The position numbers were made by a program, and so were the translations under genes. The notes under the pieces are model-generated. The model did not search any database, had not been told where the DNA came from, and saw nothing but the letters and a program-made list of their open reading frames with translations. Below are positions 53,339-62,514 of a DNA stretch of 64,000 bases, piece by piece. The stretch is taken from positions 2,118-66,117 of the forward strand of contig CACNEB010000007.1 in the NCBI GenBank assembly GCA_902619375.1, in the 5' to 3' direction. This DNA comes from an uncultured Alphaproteobacteria bacterium (GTDB taxonomy: Bacteria > Pseudomonadota > Alphaproteobacteria > HIMB59). Positions within the stretch are counted from its first letter, which is position 1. Each line of letters opens with the position of its first letter.

Positions 53339-53970
53339 ATAATCAAAATTTAATAATTGCCTGCCCTAAAGGTAGGCTTGAAGAAAAAGTTGTAAAATTT
53401 TTATCTGAAAGAGGTTTAAGAATAGAAGAGGCTTTCTTCAATGATAGTGTTAGAAAATTAACTTTTGATACAAATCTTAACGAGATAAAAGTAATTAAGT
53501 TAAAACCATCTGATATTCGATCGTATATTATGCTAGGTGCAGCTGATATTGGATTTGTTGGATATGACGAGATTCTCGAAAATAGCTCAGAAAATATTGT
53601 TCTTTTAAAAAAGACTAAAATAGGAAAGTGTAGAATATCTATAGCTTCAAATAAAAAAAAAATAAATTTTTCGGAAAAGAAAATTTTTAAAGTTGCAACA
53701 AAATTTAAAAATATCGCTGAGAATTATTTTAAAGATTTAAATATACAGACTGAAACAATAAAATTAAATGGTTCTATCGAGCTTGCAGTAAAATATGGAA
53801 TAGCTGATTTTATCTTAGATTTAGTTCAATCAGGCAAGACATTAAAAGACAATCAGCTTTACGAAAATGTAGTAATAAACAATGACATCTCAACTGTAAT
53901 AATTAGTAGCTATTTTGCGTACGATTTAAAAAAAAAATTTATTAAAAAAATTTTTATGCAAGGTTTATAG
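53335..53970 (+). CDS. hisG: ATP phosphoribosyltransferase, short form
   Basis: PKGRL, VATKF, LNGSIELA, DLVQSG.TL. Confidence 0.93.
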   Translation: MNNQNLIIACPKGRLEEKVVKFLSERGLRIEEAFFNDSVRKLTFDTNLNEIKVIKLKPSDIRSYIMLGAADIGFVGYDEILENSSENIVLLKKTKIGKCRISIASNKKKINFSEKKIFKVATKFKNIAENYFKDLNIQTETIKLNGSIELAVKYGIADFILDLVQSGKTLKDNQLYENVVINNDISTVIISSYFAYDLKKKFIKKIFMQGL

Positions 53971-55241
53971 TGAAATTTGTAAATAAAAAATGGATTTTTG
54001 ATAATATCAACTCATCTAAAAATACAAATTCCAAAATAAGTTTAGCTGTAAAAAAAATTATACATGACGTAAAAAAAAATAAGGATGTAGCTTTATTAAA
54101 GTATGTAAAAAAGTTTGAGAACAAAAAAGCAAATTTAAAAAGTATAATAATTTCAAAAAAAACTTTAAAGGATGCTTATAATTCTCTTTCAAATGAAAAT
54201 AAAAAATCTCTTAATTTAGCTTACAAAAGAATTTTTTATTATCACTCAAAACAAAAAAAAACATCTTATTCTTTCAAAGATCAACTTGACTCGAAGTTTT
54301 ATATTGAATGGAAACCAATTGAAAATGTTGGTTTATACATTCCTGGTGGGTTAGCTTCATATCCATCAACTGTTTTAATGACAGCCATACCTGCAAAAAT
54401 AGCCAAAGTTCCAAATATTATGATTTGTGTTCCTTCTCAAAATGGTCAAACATCAAAACTAACTCTTGCAGCTGCGTATTTATGCGGTGTAAATGTTGTT
54501 TACAACGTTGGTGGTGCTCAAGCAATAGCAGCTCTCGCTTTTGGCACAAATATCATAAAAAAGGCGGATAAAGTATTTGGCCCAGGAAACCAATACGTAG
54601 CTGAAGCAAAAAAACAATTATTTGGAGTTATAGGAATAGATTTACCAGCTGGCCCGTCTGAGGTCCTAGTAATAGCAAATAATAATTCTAATCCTACTTG
54701 GATAGCCTACGATGTTCTCGCCCAAGGCGAACATGACCCAAATGCAAAAACGTATGTTTTATCTAAATCCAAAAATATTTTAATTAAAGTTAAAAATGAA
54801 ATAAAAAGAATTACGGAAGATACAAAATTTAAAAATGTTGATCAATCTATAAAAAATAATTGCAATTTAATTTTAGCTAAAAGTCAAAAAGAAATATATG
54901 AAATTTCAAATTTTATTGCTCCAGAGCATCTTCATATTCATGAAAAATTTACCAAAAATATATTAAAAAATATAAAAAATGCTGGATCTGTATTTTTAGG
55001 TGAAAAATCTCCTGTTGCTTTGGGAGATTATACAATTGGAACTAATCACGTCTTACCAACAGATCAAACTGCAAAATTTTCATCTGGCTTGGGTGTTGAA
55101 GATTACACTAAAAAAACAGTTTTTATTGACCCTAGAAAAAAAACTCTTAAGAAAATAGCAAATCACACAATTAATCTTGCGAGACAAGAGGGTTTGGAGG
55201 CACACGCTTTATCAGTTGAAATTAGAAAGATCAAACAATAA
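53970..55241 (+). CDS. hisD: Histidinol dehydrogenase
   Basis: GGAQAIAALA.G, GPGN.YV, AGPSE, PEHL. Confidence 0.95.
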   Translation: MKFVNKKWIFDNINSSKNTNSKISLAVKKIIHDVKKNKDVALLKYVKKFENKKANLKSIIISKKTLKDAYNSLSNENKKSLNLAYKRIFYYHSKQKKTSYSFKDQLDSKFYIEWKPIENVGLYIPGGLASYPSTVLMTAIPAKIAKVPNIMICVPSQNGQTSKLTLAAAYLCGVNVVYNVGGAQAIAALAFGTNIIKKADKVFGPGNQYVAEAKKQLFGVIGIDLPAGPSEVLVIANNNSNPTWIAYDVLAQGEHDPNAKTYVLSKSKNILIKVKNEIKRITEDTKFKNVDQSIKNNCNLILAKSQKEIYEISNFIAPEHLHIHEKFTKNILKNIKNAGSVFLGEKSPVALGDYTIGTNHVLPTDQTAKFSSGLGVEDYTKKTVFIDPRKKTLKKIANHTINLARQEGLEAHALSVEIRKIKQ

Positions 55242-55252
55242 AATAAAATTAT

Positions 55253-55474
55253 ATGTCTAAAGAAGATGCAATAGAATTTCAAGGTGTAGTTTCAGAGCTA
55301 CTTCCAAATGCTATGTTTAAAGTTAAGTTAGATAATGACCATGAAGTCATTGCCCATACATCTGGAAAAATGAGGAAAAATAGAATAAGAGTACTCGCAG
55401 GAGACCGAGTAACAGTTGAGATGACACCATATGATTTAACTAAGGGCAGAATAACATTTAGGTCGAAGAACTAA
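55253..55474 (+). CDS. infA: Translation initiation factor IF-1
   Basis: [22 protein letters not shown]. Confidence 0.97.
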   Translation: MSKEDAIEFQGVVSELLPNAMFKVKLDNDHEVIAHTSGKMRKNRIRVLAGDRVTVEMTPYDLTKGRITFRSKN

Positions 55475-55502
55475 TGAATAATTTTTTAAAAGGAGCAATG
55501 CC

Positions 55503-56630
55503 ATGTCTACAAAACTTATTGTTACAAACTATAAAAATTTTAAGTGCGGAGTCAAACTCAATGAAGGGGAATTGGTTAATATTCGCTTTCAACCCAACGA
55601 AGATGTTCAAATTGGTGATATCTATAAAGTAAAAATTACAGAAATTTTACCAAATGATAGTGGAGCATTTGTTTCATATGGGAACGGAGATCAAAGAGGT
55701 TTCTTTAAAAGAATAAATTATCCTAATGGCGAAAAGGCACATGAAGGACAATCTTTATTACTTCAAGTAAGAAGCATAGGCTCTAAAGATAAAGTTCATC
55801 TTTTTACAAATAATGTTATTTTAACTGGTAAATTTATAAATTTATTACCATATGGTGATGAAATTATTCTTAGTAGAAGAACTAGAAAAAATTTAGACAC
55901 AAATCAACAAGATAAAATTATGGATGCTCTAAGTGAGTCTGAAGTCGGATTGATAGCTAGGCATAATCTTATTCCTGAAAATATTGAAATTGCTCAATCT
56001 GAGTTGAATGATTTAAATAATCAATGGAAAGAAATAGAATTAAATGCAAAAGAATTAAGCGATGAGGGTCTTGTTTTCCAAAATACATATTTTGATCAAA
56101 ATTTTGTTTGTGATTACTCTGATAAAAATACTGATCAAATCATCTTTAGTGATAATGATCGTTTCGAAAGAGTAAAAAACTGGGATGAAAAACTGGACTC
56201 TACTTTTGCAAATCTATGTGAAGAGATGTCCAATGAACAAATTGAAGAGGTATTTAATTTAGGTGAAAAGATAGATTATTTAATCGGTCACAATTACGAT
56301 TTACCTAGTGGAGGTAATATTATGATTGGTAAAACAGATGCTCTTACAGCAATTGATGTTAATACGGGATCAGCAAAAAGATTTGATACAAATAGAGAAG
56401 CTATTCAATTAATCTCAAGGCTTATAAAATTAAAAAATATTTCTGGAAAAGTGGTTATTGACCCTGTAGCCAGCGACCAAAATACACTCAGAAAACTTGT
56501 TGGTATGTTAAAAAATGAATTTAGAGATGATTTAAGTATTACAAATGTTTATGGCTACACAAGGGGAGGGCTTTTAGAGTTGAGCAGGTCAAGAAACGAT
56601 CGTTCAATTGATGAATTAAACCTTCAATAG
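55503..56630 (+). CDS. RNase E/G-family ribonuclease (short)
   Basis: S1 region GDIY..AFV; LTAIDVNTG; VVID; GLLELSR.R. Confidence 0.85.
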   Translation: MSTKLIVTNYKNFKCGVKLNEGELVNIRFQPNEDVQIGDIYKVKITEILPNDSGAFVSYGNGDQRGFFKRINYPNGEKAHEGQSLLLQVRSIGSKDKVHLFTNNVILTGKFINLLPYGDEIILSRRTRKNLDTNQQDKIMDALSESEVGLIARHNLIPENIEIAQSELNDLNNQWKEIELNAKELSDEGLVFQNTYFDQNFVCDYSDKNTDQIIFSDNDRFERVKNWDEKLDSTFANLCEEMSNEQIEEVFNLGEKIDYLIGHNYDLPSGGNIMIGKTDALTAIDVNTGSAKRFDTNREAIQLISRLIKLKNISGKVVIDPVASDQNTLRKLVGMLKNEFRDDLSITNVYGYTRGGLLELSRSRNDRSIDELNLQ

Positions 56631-56640
56631 TCTTTCAAAG

Positions 56641-56716
<76 letters not shown>

Positions 56717-56792
56717 ATAGCGAATTATTACTATTATAAATAAATTCTTTTTACTAGTAAAAATTGATTATTATATAAGAGAGGAGTTTTAT

Positions 56793-57164
56793 ATGACAAA
56801 TTTTGAAAAAGTGAAGTTATTTATGAAAACTTATGGTCAAGAAGTAAAAGATAAATCTGGACTCAGTGACGCTAAGACTAACAAGTTAAGAATTGACCTT
56901 ATCAAAGAGGAATTAGAAGAATTAACTGAAGCAATGAAGGATGAAAATTTACTTGAGGTAGCAGATGCATTAACCGACATACTTTATGTCACTTATGGAG
57001 CCGGTCATGCTTTTGGTATTGATTTAGATAAGTGTTTTGAGGAAGTTCAAAACTCTAATATGAGCAAATTAGGTGAGGATGGAAAACCCATATATAATGA
57101 GGCTGGAAAAGTAATGAAAGGCCCGAACTATTTTAAACCAGACCTTTCAAAATATTTAAATTAA
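56793..57164 (+). CDS. MazG-like (PRA-PH family) NTP pyrophosphohydrolase
   Basis: LIKEELEEL, EVADALTDILYV.YG, EVQ.SNMSK, GKVMKG. Confidence 0.88.
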   Translation: MTNFEKVKLFMKTYGQEVKDKSGLSDAKTNKLRIDLIKEELEELTEAMKDENLLEVADALTDILYVTYGAGHAFGIDLDKCFEEVQNSNMSKLGEDGKPIYNEAGKVMKGPNYFKPDLSKYLN

Positions 57165-57485
57165 TTACTTTGGCATATTTGTGGCACCAGTTTCTAAAGA
57201 AAAGATTTTACCATCTTTGAAAGTGAATACTGCCATAACTGCCTGTGTGTTACCATCTGAAAAAGTTACAAATGAGTGCTCAATCCCAATTTCATCATTT
57301 TCATAAATAATTCGGACCTTGTCTCTATTAATATCATCGCTCATTGCCCACTGTATAACATCTTGTTTAGTTAAAACTTTTCCAGAAGCATGCATTGTGA
57401 ATTTATAATCATCATGAAGCACCTCATTCATACCAGCTTCATCTTTATTCATAAAGACCTCATCATATTTTTTTAATATTGACAT
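57165..57485 (-). CDS. NTF2/SnoaL-like protein
   Basis: LHDDY.F, IYEND, FKDGKI...ETGAT. Confidence 0.75.
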   Translation of the reverse strand: MSILKKYDEVFMNKDEAGMNEVLHDDYKFTMHASGKVLTKQDVIQWAMSDDINRDKVRIIYENDEIGIEHSFVTFSDGNTQAVMAVFTFKDGKIFSLETGATNMPK

Positions 57486-57498
57486 TTTTAATCCTTTT

Positions 57499-57801
57499 TT
57501 ATTCGTCTAATGAGACTTGTGTTAATTCGAACAATTCAATGCTTTGTATACATTCATCATAAATTGGCTTCATAACAGGGTTAGTTCCTTTAACGATACC
57601 CATCATTTCCTCTTCATTATGAACATGAACTTTAAACATGATACCGCTTTTATCAGGTAAAATTCCAGGAACTGTTTTTTCTACATGTGCTGCAGCTTTC
57701 CTCATTTCCATCCCCTCTTCAGATTGAAAAAAAGCCATAAATTTTTCAAATTTACCTTCACCCTCTTTTAATCTACCAATAGCTAACATCATTTTTTCCA
57801 T
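57499..57801 (-). CDS. Met-rich hypothetical protein
   Basis: Strong AAGGAGG RBS; ORF track. Confidence 0.7.
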   Translation of the reverse strand: MEKMMLAIGRLKEGEGKFEKFMAFFQSEEGMEMRKAAAHVEKTVPGILPDKSGIMFKVHVHNEEEMMGIVKGTNPVMKPIYDECIQSIELFELTQVSLDE

Positions 57802-57938
57802 AAAAAATTCCTCCTTAATTATTGTCTATTATGATTTAAAATATTTTTAATACAACACTATGAAAAAAAAACATATTAATCTCTTATAAAAGTTAATAGG
57901 TTATCATCTAATAATTTGATTAAAATCGTAATAGAAAT

Positions 57939-58130
57939 ATGAAAACTATCTTTAAAATTGGTTCCAAAAGTCATACACTGAAATATCAAAGAAAAATGCC
58001 AGAGGGTGAAGTAAAAAAAATGAAATCTTTTGTTACATCTAAAGGCATAAAGTTGGAAAAAACAGCTAAGTTTAAGATAATTGATATCAGTGATCAGAAA
58101 GACTCTAGAACATTCAAAATTAATCTATAA
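57939..58130 (+). CDS. Small basic hypothetical protein
   Basis: ORF track. Confidence 0.6.
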   Translation: MKTIFKIGSKSHTLKYQRKMPEGEVKKMKSFVTSKGIKLEKTAKFKIIDISDQKDSRTFKINL

Positions 58131-58238
58131 CAGATCATTTTATTCATGATAGAGTTGTTCTGAAGATAGAAATTGTTTAGTCTTATCAGTGCAATTAATA
58201 TATTGACCATAATTAATTATTTTTCTAATTTGAGCTAA

Positions 58239-58613
58239 ATGGAGTTATCAATAATTTTTATTATTATAATTTTAATATTTTTCTCACCTTTAATTTTAGG
58301 ATTAATTTTTATGGGTGCCCAAAAGAAAATTAACCTTAGACATACAAATTCTAGTTTAAATAAACCAGGGTTTGTTGGTTATTGTTGGACTTATTTCTTC
58401 TTCAGTTTTTTTGTTCCTATTTTTCGTGGAGAAATTTTAATTGGAGTGCTCCATTTGATCTTTTCAGTAGTAACATTTGGTCTTTTTCAGTTAGTTATTC
58501 CTTTTCTTTATAACAAACAATTTACTAGTCGCATGTTGACAAGTGGTTGGGAATTAAGTGACACTGAAGAGAATATGCAAGCTGCAAGACTCAAGTTAGG
58601 CATAGGAAATTAA
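58239..58613 (+). CDS. DUF2628/HrgC-like membrane protein
   Basis: VGY.WT.FFF.FFVP.FRG, FLYNK.....L..GW. Confidence 0.65.
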   Translation: MELSIIFIIIILIFFSPLILGLIFMGAQKKINLRHTNSSLNKPGFVGYCWTYFFFSFFVPIFRGEILIGVLHLIFSVVTFGLFQLVIPFLYNKQFTSRMLTSGWELSDTEENMQAARLKLGIGN

Positions 58614-58656
58614 AAGGGGGCGTTCTGTTTCCTAACACATCGTCCCTAAGTCGCAC
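58611..58656 (-). repeat. Diverged direct-repeat copy of the tmRNA coding-piece 3' end (att-like)
   Basis: GGGGCGTTCTGTT exact at 58617-58629 and 59421-59433; similarity continues (CGTCCCTAAGTCGCAC vs CGCCCCAAAGCCGCGC). Confidence 0.85.
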
Positions 58657-58675
58657 TATATAATGATTTTATAAT

Positions 58676-58698
58676 AGTGTCTGCTAAAAGTGTCTGCT
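58676..58698. repeat. Tandem AGTGTCTGCT x2 (left arm-type site candidate)
   Basis: Copies at 58676-58685 and 58689-58698. Confidence 0.85.
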
Positions 58699-58782
58699 CT
58701 GATTTTTAGTTTTTTACGAATTTGCGACTTCTGTTTTTAATAAAGTATACAAATAGTTCTAAATAAATGTTATTATTAATAT

Positions 58783-59298
58783 GTGATTAAAATTATTTTT
58801 TCATTCTTACTTGTATTTTCATTTAACTCTTTTGCTTTAGATATTAGTTCCCCAGCATTTAATGATGGTGATAATATTCCAAAAAAATATGGATGTAAGT
58901 ATAATGGAGGTAATAATATATCTATCCCATTAGAGTTTTCAGATATTCCAGATGATGCAAAATCTCTTGCACTAATTATTGATGACCCTGATGCAATGAG
59001 TGTTGCTGGTAAAATATGGGTGCATTGGATTTTAGTAGATATACCAACAAATACAAAAGAACTTAAAGAGGTCAAAGATGGAAAATTAGGTATTGGAAAA
59101 ACCGGAAGAAATAGTAATGGTAGTAAAAATTATGGTGGACCTTGCCCACCCAACGGAGTTCATGTTTATAATATAAAAGTTTATGCCTTAAACATTGAAA
59201 TAAACAAAAGTTTAGGCGAAATGACACAAAAAAAATTCGAAAAAAAATATAAGAATGAAATTATTAGTTCATCTATGATTTCAGGAAAATATAAATAA
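58783..59298 (+). CDS. YbhB/YbcL (PEBP/RKIP-like) exported protein
   Basis: DDPDA, WVHW, YGGPCPP..H.Y...YAL; signal peptide. Confidence 0.92.
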   Translation: MIKIIFSFLLVFSFNSFALDISSPAFNDGDNIPKKYGCKYNGGNNISIPLEFSDIPDDAKSLALIIDDPDAMSVAGKIWVHWILVDIPTNTKELKEVKDGKLGIGKTGRNSNGSKNYGGPCPPNGVHVYNIKVYALNIEINKSLGEMTQKKFEKKYKNEIISSSMISGKYK

Positions 59299-59352
59299 TC
59301 TTTTCTTACTAAATTCCTTCTCTTTGATTCATCGCCTAGAATGTAACTTCAA

Positions 59353-59373
59353 AGTGTCTGCTAAGTGTCTGCT
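59353..59373. repeat. Tandem AGTGTCTGCT x2 (right arm-type site candidate)
   Basis: Copies at 59353-59362 and 59364-59373. Confidence 0.85.
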
Positions 59374-59420
59374 CTTTAAAAATAAAAAAGTAAGAAGAAA
59401 TAAAGGTTATTAAAATAAAA

Positions 59421-59681
59421 GGGGCGTTCTGTTGCCCGGCCGCCCCAAAGCCGCGCTTACCTAATTAGATTAAGCAGCGAGTGCTAATTCATTATCGTTA
59501 GCAATTATTTTAAGTTTCTATGTCGAAGAAACGCTTACAACGAGCAAAAACTATATCCTTCAGAGCACGTCAAACCTATATCACCCCCATAAAAATTTTT
59601 ATGGTGGAGGTGTCGGGTACCGCCCCCGAGTCCGATACACCTATTACATATAGCGTTTATTGCTATAGTTGATAAACAACG
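59421..59681 (-). ncRNA. ssrA: Permuted two-piece tmRNA
   Basis: Acceptor piece ends CACCTCCACCA (59602); coding piece starts GGGGGTG (59588) giving the G3.U pair; tag ANDNELALAA* at 59502-59470; ends GGCAACAGAACGCCCC; 5' end approximate. Confidence 0.95.
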
Positions 59682-59720
59682 AGGATAATATAGTCTAATA
59701 AATGAATCCTTTAAACACCT

Positions 59721-60647
59721 ATGAAGAAAAAAGTCACTAAAGTGCCAAAATTTAAAGATTTTAAAACTACTAGAGCTACTTCATCTGCTTTAGAAAAAAT
59801 TCTATATAAACAAATTCCAATTTTAGACCATGGTTTCATAAGAGTTATTGATTATATGGGAACTGACCAGTCTATAGTCCAAGCAGCCAGAGTCTCCTAT
59901 GGCGAGGGAACAAAAAAATTACGTGAGGACCGTGGTCTTATTAGATATCTTTTAAGTCATTGGCATACAACTCCGTTTGAGATGTGTGAAATTAAGTTTC
60001 ATATTAAACTCCCTATTTTTGTTGCTAGACAATGGATTAGACACAGAACTGCAAATGTAAATGAATACTCTGCGAGATATTCAGTATTAGATAAAGAGTT
60101 TTATGTTCCAGAAATGGATCAACTAGGATCTCAATCCACTACAAACAAGCAAGGGAGATCAAATACTTTAGATAAAATGTTTGCAAAACAAGCCCAAGAT
60201 TTAATTCAAAAGAATTCCGAACAGCTCTATGATGACTACCAAAATTTATTGAATGGTAAGCTTTTGAATAATGATGAATACGTTGAAGGGGAGGGTCTAG
60301 CTAGAGAACTAGCTCGAACAACTCTTCCATTAAACTATTACACACAATGGTATTGGAAAGTAGACCTTCATAATCTTATGCATTTTCTAAGATTACGAGC
60401 AGACAGCCATGCTCAGTATGAAATACAAATTTATGCTGAAAAAATGGTTGAAATTTTAAAAAAGTGGGTACCCTTAACATACGAAGCTTTTGAAGATTAC
60501 CGTTCGGACTCTTTCCAACTCTCTAAAGAGGCTTTGAAAATTGTTAAAGATAAATTAGCGAATAAAAAAATTAAGAAGGCTAATTACAAACTATCTCCAA
60601 GAGAGCTTAGAGAATTAGAAGCAAAGTTTAATATTAAATTATCTTAA
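59721..60647 (+). CDS. thyX: FAD-dependent thymidylate synthase
   Basis: AARVSY, H.TPFE, RHRTANVNEYSARY. Confidence 0.96.
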   Translation: MKKKVTKVPKFKDFKTTRATSSALEKILYKQIPILDHGFIRVIDYMGTDQSIVQAARVSYGEGTKKLREDRGLIRYLLSHWHTTPFEMCEIKFHIKLPIFVARQWIRHRTANVNEYSARYSVLDKEFYVPEMDQLGSQSTTNKQGRSNTLDKMFAKQAQDLIQKNSEQLYDDYQNLLNGKLLNNDEYVEGEGLARELARTTLPLNYYTQWYWKVDLHNLMHFLRLRADSHAQYEIQIYAEKMVEILKKWVPLTYEAFEDYRSDSFQLSKEALKIVKDKLANKKIKKANYKLSPRELRELEAKFNIKLS

Positions 60648-61390
60648 CTTTGAAATTTTTTTGTAATTGCGTTTGTTATATTTTCAAATTTTAGAGAATA
60701 ATCATCTTTATAATCAAAACAATAGGGCTTTCCATCATCACAACTTTTAGGGATATTTAAATTAAAAGGAAGTTCTTCAATTAAATTTATATTTTCTTTG
60801 AGTAGTAGAGACTTAGTCTTAGACTCACCAAAAATATATTTTTTTTCATTTTGCTCTTCTAAATAAGACATATTTTCAACTACACCAAGTATTGGAACAT
60901 TAACCTTGATAAACATATTAATACCTCTGATGACATCTTTTAAAGATAGAAGCTGTGGAGTTGTAATAATAAGAGTTCCATCTAGTTTGAGTTTTTGGGA
61001 CATTGATATTTGGACATCTCCAGTTCCAGGTGGAAAATCAACAATTAAATAGTCTAAATCACCCCAAATTGTCTTGTTAATAAGCCCATCAAGCCCTTTT
61101 GCTAACATTGGTCCTCGCCAAACAATCGCTTGTTCTTCATTGACAAGAAAACCTATTGACATTGCTTTAATCCCAAATACTTCAAAGGGTAAAAACTTCC
61201 CATCTTCAACTTTAGGTTCCTTATCTCCGATGCCAAGTAATGTTGGGACACTAGGTCCATAAATGTCTGCGTCTAAAAGGCCAACTTTGTATCCTTGGTT
61301 TGCTAAAGTTATAGCGATATTGCAAGCTACAGTTGATTTACCAACACCACCTTTACAGCTTGATATTCCAAAACAAGTCTTGATATTCAT
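60644..61390 (-). CDS. apbC: Mrp/ApbC Fe-S cluster carrier ATPase
   Basis: KGGVGKST, DADIYGPS, D.PPGTGD, ENMS. Confidence 0.9.
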   Translation of the reverse strand: MNIKTCFGISSCKGGVGKSTVACNIAITLANQGYKVGLLDADIYGPSVPTLLGIGDKEPKVEDGKFLPFEVFGIKAMSIGFLVNEEQAIVWRGPMLAKGLDGLINKTIWGDLDYLIVDFPPGTGDVQISMSQKLKLDGTLIITTPQLLSLKDVIRGINMFIKVNVPILGVVENMSYLEEQNEKKYIFGESKTKSLLLKENINLIEELPFNLNIPKSCDDGKPYCFDYKDDYSLKFENITNAITKKFQS

Positions 61391-61416
61391 ATATTAAACA
61401 CTACATATAATGTATC

Positions 61417-62514
61417 GTGAACAAAAACAAATTTAAAATTTTTGCACTTGATGGTCCATGGGGGCCTTCATCAGGGAACAATAATAGAGGTTCCGGCGGT
61501 TTCTCAGGTGGTAACAACGACTCAATTGATGACCTTCTCAAAGATTTAAAGAATAAATACAAAATTAAAATGCCTTTTAAAGGTGGTTTTAAGGGTGTTT
61601 CATTTTTAATATTAATAGCTTTTGTAATTTGGCTTGCGACAGGTTTTTATAGAGTTGAGCCTGATGAACAAGGGGTTGAACTACTTTTTGGTAAATGGAA
61701 TGAAAGTACAACAGATCCAGGGCTCCATTATTTTTTCCCAACACCTATAGGAAAAGTCTTAACTCCTAAAGTTGAAGCAATCAGGAAAATTAATGTTGGT
61801 TTTAGATCCAATGGTAATTCTACTAGAGATGTACTCGAAGAAAGTATGATGTTAACATCCGACCAAAATATATCTGATTTAGATTATACAGTTCTATACA
61901 GAATTAAAGATGCTGGGCAGTTTTTATTTAATTTAAGAGACCCTGAAGAAACAGTAAAAGTTATATCTGAAAGTGTTTTAAGAGAAGTTGTCGGTCAGAC
62001 TAACTTAGAAGGCCTACTAACCGTATCTAGACAATCAGTTGAAAGAGACTCAAGATCTTTACTACAAGAACTTTTGGATGAATATGAAGTTGGAATACTA
62101 ATTCAATCGATACAATTACAAGATGTTAACCCCCCAAGAGAGGTTATAGATGCATTTGATGATGTTCAAAAAGCAAGACAGGATAAGGAGAGAACAGTCA
62201 ACCAAGCAGAGGCTTACAGTAACAGAATTGTGCCTGAGGCAAGAGGTGAAGCTGAAAAAATACTCCAAGAGGCTGAGGGTTATAAAAATAAACTAATTAA
62301 ACAAGCTGAAGGTGAAGCAAGTAGATTTCTTCAAGTGTTAGACACATATGAGCAATCTAAAGAGACAACCAAAAAAAGAATTTATTTAGAAACATTAAGA
62401 GACGTCCTGTCAGGATCTAGTAAAATAATGATTGATCAGAATTCTGGTAACGGAGTTGTTCCGTATTTGCCTTTAAACGAGTTAAACAAGAGCAAGCAGA
62501 CAGGTAACAACTAA
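61417..62514 (+). CDS. hflK: FtsH modulator HflK
   Basis: GPWG N-terminus, SPFH domain, RIYLET, VVPYLPL. Confidence 0.93.
   Translation: MNKNKFKIFALDGPWGPSSGNNNRGSGGFSGGNNDSIDDLLKDLKNKYKIKMPFKGGFKGVSFLILIAFVIWLATGFYRVEPDEQGVELLFGKWNESTTDPGLHYFFPTPIGKVLTPKVEAIRKINVGFRSNGNSTRDVLEESMMLTSDQNISDLDYTVLYRIKDAGQFLFNLRDPEETVKVISESVLREVVGQTNLEGLLTVSRQSVERDSRSLLQELLDEYEVGILIQSIQLQDVNPPREVIDAFDDVQKARQDKERTVNQAEAYSNRIVPEARGEAEKILQEAEGYKNKLIKQAEGEASRFLQVLDTYEQSKETTKKRIYLETLRDVLSGSSKIMIDQNSGNGVVPYLPLNELNKSKQTGNN

Larger units (their letters stand above)
58611..59433. mobile_element. Integrase-less one-gene cassette at the ssrA 3' end
   Basis: Flanking direct repeats; AGTGTCTGCT pairs inside both ends. Confidence 0.7.

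Noticed and set aside
56748-56763. Palindrome TTTTTACTAGTAAAAA between tRNA-Phe and the MazG-like gene
   Set aside because: Almost all A/T, expected by chance at this composition; no second copy noticed
58676-59373. CRISPR or integron attC reading of the short repeats
   Set aside because: Repeats are 10-12 bp with no regular spacers; no cas or intI gene; no attC-type inverted core seen
61379-61406. Possible RpoH promoter CTTG-N18-CTACAT upstream of hflK
   Set aside because: Plausible, but the -10 match is weak and cannot be separated from chance without TSS data
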